Source: Pavona decussata
Taxonomy: Eukaryota
Direction: 5' to 3'
DNA length: 64,000 nt
Assembly: GCA_977016875.1 (NCBI GenBank)
Contig: CDRNST010000289.1
Location: forward strand, 248,001-312,000
Shown one piece after another: positions 39,906-51,400 of the stretch. The translations under genes and the position numbers were made by a program. Numbering within the stretch: the stretch's first letter is position 1; each line of letters begins with the position of its first letter. The notes below the pieces were generated by a model, which did no database searches, was not told the origin of the DNA, and saw nothing but the letters and a program-made list of their open reading frames with translations.

Positions 39906-41133
39906 CGGTGAGGGTAAAAGAAGGAATGAGTTTGCGGAGTGGCATAATTATGCGAAATACGACATACGCGGAATGACTTAAAGAAATAAATTAATTGAAG
40001 AAAGGGTCCTGTTTTCGCGCCAATTTTATAAGAGCAGCAGTTTTTTCGACGTTGCGGACTCTAGCAGAATATTAAACAACCAAACAACAGATCGAGGATT
40101 AGAAAAAAAAGGGCCTGGGATAGAACATGTCCGGATCGCTGGTTAGAAAGTGAGAGCGAAGAAATCGATGAACACTGTTAGCAGTTTTCGCATTCAAGGA
40201 ACTTTGAATAAATTAAATTTCTAGTTGACAAAAAGAACGTGGCAGGAGTAACCTCCTTGACGGTTATATAATATAGCGAATAAATAATTTGTAATTAACT
40301 CATGAGAAAAATATTTTCTACTTTTTCTCACCTTACATTTTCGTCGAGCTACGAGTACGCAAGTCATTGTTGAGCTGCTAAGCTAGCTTCGGCGATTCAG
40401 GCAGTTCAGTTACGCGTTATCGAACTAAACATATCCGTCTTTAATTAAGGTCTTTCAGTGCCATGGACCTCCCAACCTATGTTCAGATTTAAAAAGCGAG
40501 AAAGCCCTAGAAAAAAAAGCAGATGACAAGAATGGTGTCTAATTATCGACACTGGTTGTGTGAAAGGTTGTGAAAGGTATCACCGTGCATTTTAATTTGG
40601 TTAAATTGTTGTTCAAACCCTTCAGATCTCAATATCAGTCAGCGCAAATTTTCCCGCTCATGATAAATGAATAATCGAGCATACAGGGTATGAGTATTGA
40701 TTTATTACCGAGGGTTTAAAAGAAGATAAATGTTTATTATTTGCCCTCGGTAAAGGATCAATCTTTGTCCTGATAAGACCTCACGCTGCAACGTTATTTT
40801 TGTCAACCGACGTCTCAACATGAATTTTAATTTACCAGGGATTTACTCATAGTTCCTTGAATGCGAAAACCAAACAGTTTTCATCGATTTCTTTACCCTC
40901 ACTTCTTCCAAATCAACGACCAGACGATCTAATCCTTAAATTGTTGTTTCAAATATTCGGCAAGAGTCCGCTGAGCATCAAAAAAGATGCTGTCTTATAA
41001 AATTGGCGCGAAAACATGACGCACTCTTCAGTTAATTTACTCCCCGCGTCAATCGTATTTCGCAGAATTATGCCATTCCGCACGCCATGCCACATGCCAT
41101 TTCGCAAACTCATTCCTTCTTTTACCCTCACCG
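39906..41133. mobile_element. Long-TIR (MULE-like) non-autonomous element
   Basis: CGGTGAGGGTAAAAGAAGGAATGAGTTTGCG ... CGCAAACTCATTCCTTCTTTTACCCTCACCG; imperfect TIRs of about 330 bp; flanks CAAGAGTAA and CGAGAGTAG (7/9); absent from the paralogous site at ~35310. Confidence 0.8.
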
Positions 41134-42187
41134 CGAGAGTAGTCGGCGGAAATTTGTGAGGACATTTTCAGACCGGAATCGCAACTTTCCCATTCAGTTA
41201 CTTAAAGAAACACGAATCGATTTTCCAATTGAAAGTGCACATTATATTTTTCGATTTTTTTTTCAATGGAGTTGTTCATATACTGGTGGGTTGGTACGTT
41301 TGTGCAAACATGCTTTGTTAATTATAATTTTACAACATTAATTTTACTGTTATTTGTTAGGTTTTATCTCTCACTATTGTCTGATCTTAGTTCTTTAATT
41401 CCCAATCATTTATCAGCTTTTTTTCTTTGTTTAATTTTTGTTTTCAGGTCTCGTTCCTCTTCTCATCTACTAGCTAAGTTACTGTGCCTATCTCTTTGAT
41501 CAGGGATGTTCCTTCGCCAAATATTAAACCCTCAACTCATCTTTATTTCGATGATGCATTGAAAAAAAAAAAAAAAACCTGTGGAGGGAAAGGAAGCGAA
41601 GGAAAGTTGTAATATGCCCAACAGAAATTAAAACGGTCTGAGTTATCAAAATGTTTTGAATAGAAAGCATGACGTAGACTTGTTGTTTTTAGGCTTGATT
41701 GCGGCTGAAATAGAGCCTTCTTCTAATTTACATAAGTGAACAAATCAACTGTCGAAAAACACAACCCTACATTAACAAAATTGAAGCCAAGAATTGAGTA
41801 TATTAAACTATTAAAACAACAACAATGGTCAGTTTTAACTTTCGTCGGTTCGATGCCAACCGGCAATTTGAAATTAAAGCTTGAATCGGAGCAACCAGCT
41901 TTGTACATCGAAACCACACAGCGGAAGTAGATGTAGTTGTTTATTAACATGTTATTGACGATAAATTGATGTACGTTTTCACATAAATAGTAATACGGCT
42001 GTAAAGGGCCGTAGATAGCTTAATATCGCTTATATGAAGTAGTAGCAACACGGTACTAGACAGAGAAATATTAGAAACAAGAAGCTGTTTCCAGCTTATA
42101 TTCGGACCATATTTGACTGAGTGGTGCGTAAAGCCTACAATCTTTTAACAGTTATAACCTCCAGCATCGCCAATTCCCCCAAAAAGA

Positions 42188-42270
42188 TAGCCTGCGAGCA
42201 AGCTCTCTTGGGGGTGGACCCTCTTTCCCCCTCCCGCCCCCCACCCCTAAGAGAGCTTGCTCGCAGACTA
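42188..42270. mobile_element. Short Academ-like MITE
   Basis: TAGCCTGCGAGCAAGCTCTCTT ... AAGAGAGCTTGCTCGCAGACTA inverted termini. Confidence 0.7.
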
Positions 42271-42519
42271 CCAAATAGGTAGATACAGGGATATAGAGAG
42301 GCAATAAGTAACCACCAGATAGAATTGCATTTCTTACAGTTAGAATGAAATACAGGAGAAAACGACATTTTTCATACGAATGTTTTTTATAATCCCCGGG
42401 CTTTAATCCTTACGTTTTCACCTTTCGTTTAGAGATAGAAACCATTTGTACGGTCCTAATATGTATGTGATGCCGGGTCAATGACGGATCGTAATTTTCG
42501 GTATGATTTGGACCCAGTG

Positions 42520-43148
42520 GGGGGTGGGGGGGGGGGGGAAGGTACTCCCTCATGTGACTTTAACGGGGACGTGCGACCCGATAGGGTATGGTTTTCAAAG
42601 TGTTCAGTCTTGAACGGGGTATCTATTTCATCACTTTCTACCTTAAACAGGGTATCCCCTCTCTCCTCCGCAGAGGCTCCATCAGTAAAGAAACGTAAAA
42701 AAAGGAGGGGAAAAAAAGGAAAACGGGGGAAATAAAAAGTGGGGGGCCCGCGGGGGACGATGGTAAACGATGCCCTTCCCAGCGTCCCCCGCGCGCTTTA
42801 ATATTTCTCTCCCCCAGGCTCTACTTGTTTAATTTCCCTCTCCCCAGGCTTTCTAAGAAGCCTCTGCGGATGAGAGAGGGGTATCCCTACATGACCTAAT
42901 GGCTTAAACAGATTGTGATTGCCAATGCATTAAAATACAGTAAGAAACTAGTGTATTCTTATTTCATTCTAGTCTTAAACCTGTTGTGATTTTAGGTTAA
43001 ATGTCTTAGAAAGAGCCTGAACATTTTGAATTCTGTCTTAAACGGGATAGGGAAATCGGAGAATTGTGTCTTAAACAGGGTCAGGGTTTGAACGCCCGGG
43101 CCGCACCTCCCTACCCAAGGATCTGTTGAGTACCCCCCCCCCCCCCCT
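42520..43148. mobile_element. Poly-G/poly-C-ended MITE containing a nested ~220-bp TIR element (~42658-42878)
   Basis: Outer ends G-run-GTACTC ... GAGTAC-C-run with repeated TTAAACAGGG; inner ends CCTCTCTCCTCCGCAGAGGCT ... AGCCTCTGCGGATGAGAGAGG with GGTATCC duplicated. Confidence 0.65.
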
Positions 43149-43672
43149 CCGTGATCTACAGCAACGTTACGCATCACGCGTACGTTTATATCCTTGTACG
43201 TTTTTTAATGTTTCGCTGTTTATATTTTTAAATGAAATTCAGGGGAAAGCATTTGTTATTAACCTTTCATTTGAAGACAGAAACCGTTTCTACATTGATT
43301 GTTTTTGTATAGTAAACGTGAGACATATTTTTATCTATCTTGGACCGCGAGGTCATAGACTGATTTAATTGCCAAATTTTCGGTTAAACAAAACTAGCCT
43401 TGAGACACTAAGGTTAGCCTAAAAAACACTCCGGTTAGCCTAAAGAGCACTCCACTTAGCCTAAATAGCGCTTAGGTAAGCTTAAATAGCTCCCTGGTTA
43501 CCTTAACGGTTAGCAGTTTATGTTGGGGTTGTTCATGTCTTGCATGCCTCGCATGTTTTGTTCAGGCCTCGCACGTCTGGCTCGCATGTTGTAAACACTC
43601 CTCACGGCCCGAAAACAAAGAACGCGACCGAGAATTTAAAGAGTTTGATAACACGACGGAAAACGTAACTCG

Positions 43673-45021
43673 TAGCGTAGCTGGCGGTTTTTATGGGTGG
43701 GCTCACCGGAAAGCCAGGCTAGAGGGCCAAAACGAGTGCCGAAGCCGCGGGGAAATGGGGCGAGGGCAACGAGAAACCGCCTGCCCGGATTCGCGGCATT
43801 TTTGAGTAGTCCGTACGCTGGCGTACGGACCATTTTCATTGGATGAGATTCTACAAACGTGAGATTCTACAAACGTCAATCAAATGTTTTATTAAACTCC
43901 CATGGGAACGTTCTCCTTTTATACGGCTCTCAGGATTTATCGCGAAAAGCAAAACGACAGAAGAAGCATTATTTAAGCTTTATCGAACCTTAATATTCGA
44001 CGACAAACCCTCATTCTCACAGCATTGAAAGAAGACAGCGAGCTTCATCGAGCAGAATATTTGATCCGAAACGTGGGTATAAATTTCGAAAAAAGAGCGC
44101 GTATTCTGAAAGGATACCGAGAGCTCTATCATTTCTAAAGAATCGGCAACTGAAGAGATCAATCCACAAGATTTGGATCGAAACCGCGGTCTTGCCTGAC
44201 CATAGCCTAAAATGCCACAGAATCAACGAACAGCTAAAGGACTCGTAGCAGCCCCTGGCCATAGCAACACAGAAGAATTGCCTAATAATAATATAGCGTA
44301 ATCAAAGCACAGGAGGAAAATACTAAGCTCCCCCGCCCGCAACGCAAACCTCACAGTTATAGAGCGGAGCGGAGCGATAAAAAAAAAAAAAAAAACACAG
44401 CCGTGACTACAGCGGCCTTTAGCCCTCAATTTAACGCATTGCATAGCTTTCAAAGAAGCTACTTTGCTAGAGAAAGGATCAAGAGAAAAACAACAGTGAC
44501 AATTAAGAAACACAACATCTTGCCACAAAAGTAAATAGCCGGGCCCGGCAATACAAAGGTTGCAAGATAATGATAACTACACGGTTAAAATCCTATCCCT
44601 ACAATTATAAAATGGGAGACTATATTGTCACCGCTGGCAAGAGCACAATCGACAGTTATCATTGACACTTGTTGTAGAACTGGAAAGCTTTTATCCCTTG
44701 ACAGGCTTTTTCGGAGTGTCGGCATTTGCCGCCATCGAAAAAAACATATCGAATTTCCAGGATATGTTTTGATAGCCAGCCGAGAAGGTTTCATTTTACC
44801 ATCTGCCATCTGATTGGTTGGGTTAATTGGATATCGACAGGTTGTCAAATATGTAAATTTTGGGGGCGGTGGAATCCGGGCAGGCGGTTCGTCGCGGCGA
44901 AGCCGCTCGTTGACGCGGCTTCGCCGCGACTGTCGCGGTTCTCTCCCCATTTCACCCGCAGCTGCACCACTCGTTTTGGCCCGTCTTTCCCGCCCACCAA
45001 AACCGCCAGCTACGCAGGCTA
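43673..45021. mobile_element. Academ-like non-autonomous element with 9-bp TSD
   Basis: TAGCGTAGCTGGCGGTTTT ... AAAACCGCCAGCTACGCAGGCTA, flanked by CGTAACTCG on both sides. Confidence 0.8.
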
Positions 45022-45439
45022 CGTAACTCGTACCAGCCGAGTACAAAAAACGAGACCAAGAACAATAACTTGTGGCCCAAAGTCTTATCTCTCGGCCCAT
45101 CGCGACCCCAAAAAGAAAAATAAAAAGAATTTGATAATGCTACCGAAACGTTAACTCGGTCCGCCTTAAAGCCCGAGTAATAACTGAGTGGAAACTAACA
45201 AAATACCAGGCGACGACGACAACCCGGCATTGTTTACGATCGAAACTCGTTCCAGGCGACGCGGCTTACAACGATCGAGGCAACCACAGTTATAGCCCGG
45301 AAGTACTTCGGCCGATATCGTCGTGAGGTTAGCTTTGAGTCGTTTTCAACCATTTCTCTTAGCCTGTTGTCGCTTACTTATCAGGTACGGTGCATCAAAT
45401 TACCTAAGCAGAAAAACAGCACTTTAAGGCCACAACACC

Positions 45440-48400
45440 ATGGCCAACTGGGGCTTTGAACGACGGAGAGAGCGGTAAGACATATTTTAGTTGGTGTATA
45501 AACAGATTACCAACCGATTCAGATATCGCTGCAAGTGAATAATTGTTCCCTTCACTAAATTTCCATTTGTAGGAAATAAAATAAGGTAATGTTTGTGACT
45601 CCTACTAGTCTACCGCTTTAAACATAAGAAAGCAGCACCAGCCTAAGTTGTGCATTTTGTATACTGACTCTAATAACTTGTCAAAAGAACTGGCACGGCC
45701 CGGAAATTTTCACTCGCGGCACGCACACGGCTAAACCAGCTTGATTCGGATATCCTTAGAATTGATTTCATCTCAGATTAAGTACGTTATACATTGTTGG
45801 ATTGCTTGAATGGAGTTGTTATCATAGTGTGGATCTGATTCGTCTTTACAAGTGTGCTTCGTCTAGTTTCAGAGTTGAGTTGAAATTAATACAACAGCTT
45901 ACGTCTGGTTTTGTTGTCAAATGCTCTCTAATTTCAAGATCTGTGTATATTTGACGCGCCTTGGGTTTAGAGTTTATGACTCGTATCGAACCGAAAAAGG
46001 ACTGCTCTGTTTATTTATTTTTGATGTTTAAGAGAAGTTATAAATTTTGGTTTGAAATTTTATGATGCAGTTTGATTTTGTGTTGAGTAACAGGCATTAT
46101 GCAAATGTGAGTCGTATTTAAGTGTTAAGGTCACGCTATTTAGTCTCGAAAATTTACATTCTCTGTAAACTCGATTTTTTTCATACACTCATCACGTCTA
46201 CAATTACCAAAGAGTTTTGTGTTATCGCTGCCATTATAGAGGCTTGGTCTCTACGCGTCCACATACACTCAGTAGCACGACCGCCGATTCACGAACTTCG
46301 TCGTGATGGTCACCCACTCCAGATATGCGGTTTTCGCTCGGTCAAAACATTCGAGAGTTGGAGTCACGGCCATGGCGGGGAGACTGATTACTAGGTAATA
46401 CTCCGGCAGCCTAAGTTAACTTAGATTAGCAGGGATTTCGGACGGAATGGAAGGAGCAAAAGTGCGATTGGATAAAGTCTGTTCTAGGGTATTAAGAGTT
46501 TGTTCCATTATATTTTTTGGTGCCGCGAAGTCGTAAAACTGTTAAAGCATGCAGTGAATGATTAAATACTATAAACTATTCCATTAGCTCAATTGTGCTG
46601 GGAGAAAAGGTTGAAAAATCTACGAGGCGTGCAGTGGGAATAAATGAGGCCGCTTATTTAGCTGGGGTGGGTGTTTGGGAAGGTGAGACGGCAAGCATCT
46701 TGTTTCCATTCAAACCTTTTTCAAGCTATTTTTCAAAGCTGCCATTTATTTTAAAAAGTTTTATTTTAATATATATCATATTATGCGACTGCCTTAATTT
46801 ATTATGTTGAAATTGACATAAATCTGACAGCTCTTCTCTAACCATGCTTTGTTACTCTTTACAGACCCAACTACGACAGCATCAAGGATCTTAGTACAGA
46901 GGAAATTGATAGCGAGTTTGTACAAGTGCCGAAAGAAATGAAAGGCCACGTGATCGGTAGGGGTGGCTATATGCTAAATGAAATTAGGGAGAAATCTGGA
47001 GCAAGCGTTTTCTCTGAAAGCAAGGAAGAGGAAGGGTTTACAGTGTGTGGTAATCAGGAACAAAGGACAATCGCTAAGAATCTTATCTTGCAGAAAGTGG
47101 TAAGTTGTACTGTCAACAAACAACAAAAAAAATACACTCACCACTAAGAACTATTAGTTCAACAGCTAATTCAGTGACTGAGTGAGTGACTTTCAGTTGC
47201 CCTTTGTGAAAAAATCGGTAAAACATGGTACAAGGGAAATATTTCTACACTGGAAGTGAAGAACTAATGACTGGAGACATTCTGCAGTCACTTAGGCTAG
47301 TGTCAGTATATTAGCACAATGTCAGTACGTTTGGGGGCACTTGCGATTTTCTCATGACTGCGTGCGATTTAATTTCTTTACACAGGAAGAGGTGCAGAGC
47401 ACGATATGGGAACGAGTGGAAATTGAACATGAATACAAGGGATATGTCATTGGTAAGCGGCAAGCAAATCTTCGAGAAATCAGTGGCCAAACGGGAGCAA
47501 AGTTAATTGTTAAAGATGGGGAGATATACATAATTCTTGGAAATAAAGAGCAAAGGAAGCTGGCAAAAGTACACATCGGAACTATAGTGGTGAGCCAATA
47601 TTATTACACTTTTTTCCTTCGGTTGTATGATGATTTCCTTAATTGTTTCATCTTTTTATTCGGCAATCATTCCTTGGGCAACNNNNNNNNNNNNNNNNNN
47701 NNNNNNNNNNNNNNNNNNNNNNNNNNNNNNNNNNNNNNNNNNNNNNNNNNNNNNNNNNNNNNNNNNNNNNNNNNNNNNNNNNNNNNNNNNNNNNNNNNNN
47801 NNNNNNNNNNNNNNNNNNNNNNNNNNNNNNNNNNNNNNNNNNNNNNNNNNNNNNNNNNNNNNNNNNNNNNNNNNNNNNNNNNNNNNNNNNNNNNNNNNNN
47901 NNNNNNNNNNNNNNNNNNNNNNNNNNNNNNNNNNNNNNNNNNNNNNNNNNNNNNNNNNNNNNNNNNNNNNNNNNNNNNNNNNNNNNNNNNNNNNNNNNNN
48001 NNNNNNNNNNNNNNNNNNNNNAGAAAAAGAACTTAGCAGTCAATTTTTACCTTTTTATTAATGGCCTTGCATTCATGCTTACATGGTCGTGATTACAAGT
48101 GGAAACAAAATTAGTAAAATGTGTGTTTCTTCCGTTTATACCATGTTTACATTTGTCATCGGAGAGTAATCGAAGAATCAGAACAGTTGACCTTTAAAAC
48201 TTATATACAGGCGTCGTTTGCCATACCCAAATTGCAAAGCAAGCAATCCGGCTGTTTGAATTTCCTTTGTCACTGACTCGTCATCAGTAAAAGGAGCGAA
48301 TCGCGTGACGTTTCAGGTCACGCATTATACTCTAATATTTAAGGCGAAATTACTGCACAAAGTTTAGGAAAACTACGTTCCTTTGGATTTTGTAAGACGT

Positions 48401-51400
48401 ATTGTGTGAGAATAAGTGAGTAGTTAGGAATTGGCGTATGGTGATGATCAAGAGTGAAAGAAGCGTTTGACATGTAAAGACTGAAAACGGTCTTTCTGTC
48501 CAATCTACTGCATACAACAAAAGTCTGTGACAGAGAGAATCGAAATGATATCATAGAAAGTGTGTAAAATGTTGATTGTTGTTTCTGAGAAGAGATCGAA
48601 GCTCTGAGAAATGCGAGACAAGAGAAGACAAGGGAAAATACAAAAGACGCGGCTATATCGGCATTCGCCCATTCCATTTATGAGCTTCTGGACTTACTTG
48701 CTCGTTTCGTTTTCGGCTCGTTTCGGCGGCTTCGGCTCGTTTGGTCCCGCCATGGTTAGGACCATGGAGAGACCAAACTCGCACGATATGCCACTGCAAC
48801 GTACTTAAAAGGTACGATTAGGTATAAATATCAAATCAAATTAAATCAAATCATATCACATCATATCACCAATAATTTAACTAACGCTCGGCTTCAATTT
48901 TAGGCAAGGAAAAGACTTTTTGGCGTCGAAAACCAATTTAACAGAGTTGTTTATTACATTGATGGTTGGAATCTCCCTAAGGACTATAAACTGAAAGTGG
49001 AACACGTGCAACACGAGAATCGTATGCTGCTACCGGAATCGCACCTGCAGTATCGACTGATACCAGCCAAACAATGTGAACCACAGGTGTACTATAGCTA
49101 TCTTGCATGTTTGGTTATTTGTTGTGCATACTGTGAAATTTTGTTTAGTTGTCTTTGGATCAATCTGGATGTGCCGCTTCGCCTATTTTTAGCATTTATG
49201 TCTACTCAGTTTACAAAGTAATAGTGATTACAGATATTTGTCCTCATGTTTCATTTTGCGGTTTTCGAGCATGCTTCCTTTAGTGGCTTTTGACTGTCAG
49301 GAATTTGTGGAGATATTTTATTATTAACCCCTCCCCCCGCCCCTTTTTTTACCTACATCACTTCTCCCTACGGTGCTAGCAGAGGAGGTACTTTACTCTT
49401 TCTCTTCTAGTTCTCTAATTGTCCGATGTTGTCCTCTGTCATAGGAATCGGACAGCTCCAGTAATCGCTCAGAATATGTGCTAAAACTCATGAAGGACGC
49501 TTTGGTTTCGCTTCGTAAGATCAAAGAGGGGGGCGAGTATGTGAAGGCCGACATGTGGTGCCACTTTGGAACGGCAGTCATCCGGATTCCTAAAGAAGGC
49601 ATGATATATTTGAACCCTCTTTACGTCTAACGATAATTATCTTCCATACAGAGATGGGTTTTTGACTTGTACTTTGTAGTGTTTGCTTGTTTTTTGAAAG
49701 ATCACACTTCTACAGTGCGCCCTCTGGTATGGATATTTGTTTGACAGCCTCGTGTTACACTGCATCACAATCAGGAGTCCTGAAACAATCTGAATACGAT
49801 TCGTGACTAGACTTGATGGCCAACAGACGTAAAACAAGCTACGGGTATATATATATGTATCACCGAAAGACATAATTTGTCATCTTTCCTCGTTTTGCTC
49901 ATTATCATACAGTCGAAGCTGTCCTTTCGACCGCTCTGTTAGGTGACTAGCTCTCGTTACGACCGACGCTTTAAAACCCCGTGTTTATTTTCATCCAAAC
50001 TCCTCTAATTTTAAAAAAAGCTCCCGTAAGCGACCACGACCACTTTTGGTAATTACCAAGAGGTTTTTTTGCTCTGTTTGTAAGCTGTTTTAAGAGACCA
50101 ATTCGAAGAGTTTGCTATACTGTACGTATAATTCAACACTTAATGGAAGTTGACACTTTCATCAAGTCCTATTGTCAAAATGTTGTCATGTGGAACTTCG
50201 ACGTTTAATGTGTGCTTTATACACTCGATTGCAAAAACGTTGACACCTAAAAAGCATAAACCGTTAACGATGAGACCCAACGGATCTGTAGAGGGAAGAA
50301 TTCAGCAACTAAAAATAAACTAAACACTGCTTTATTTCTTAGAGAACGTCAGTGAGGGAGATTGGACCGTTAATGAAGCAACTGAGAAACTGCAATCGTC
50401 AGATGAAAGAAGTAACTGGAAAATGGCATTTAGAGAAGGAGTAGACCTTAACGAGAGAATCTTCAAAGAAAACCACTACAGAGAGGATGAAAACGTTCCA
50501 TTCAAAGCAAGATACGACTTAACCTATCTGACGCCATCTCGTCGTCAGTTACGGTGTAAGGTTGGTAGGGATGGAAAGTGAGAAAAGATAGGAATTCCAT
50601 TTCCAGTTTTTGCCAATCCTTGTTGAAAAACATGCCCTCTACTTCTGTAGCCAATTAAATCAGTATTCATTCCTTTTAATGTGATCTTCTGTTTAACCTG
50701 AAATCCCCAACAGTATTAAACGAATTCAAAGCAGGTGCAAAGAAACAACAGCAAACAGTTATCAGGCACGTGAAAGATCTTGGGAAGTCTAAAGGCACTG
50801 ACAAATGACTTTTGAACCGTCAAATCCGCAACATGTACTTCAACGCTGAGTGTCGGTTTCACTACGATTGCAACTGAAGGCACTTTGGTAGTGACCAGAG
50901 AGATTCTTTTTGCTTAGAAGTGAACAACTGAATCCTTTTTCTTAAACAGGTGTGGGTTGCACACAACAAAGTCAGGAAGAGACTGGAGGATATTCAAATC
51001 CCTTTTAGTGACGTAAAGAACGTCTTGGACGAGGTTCACTTTCAAGACGAAGCAACACGATCACGGTGCCGAGGATGGCTGGTTCTTAAATCTCGGAAAT
51101 ATTTGCAAGCGGACATTTTGTTCCCTGGTTGCAAATATGATTGCACAAGATTGAGCATTCGTGGACGAACAGGTGTGTTTTTGCCTAGTTATTCATTTTT
51201 AATTTACATTTCTGGTAAATTCAGCTACAGAAATCGGGATTTAATCGTTCGACTGATGTTAGGGTGGTGGGAAGCACGTGGCAGGCAGCGCACTTGAGTA
51301 TTTTGAAGGGAAAAATTAGAATTCAAGTTAATCATTGCGACCCTTCCATTGACAGCTTTATCATTCGTCGCGTTTGCTTTTCATCCGAGAAAACGCCTGC

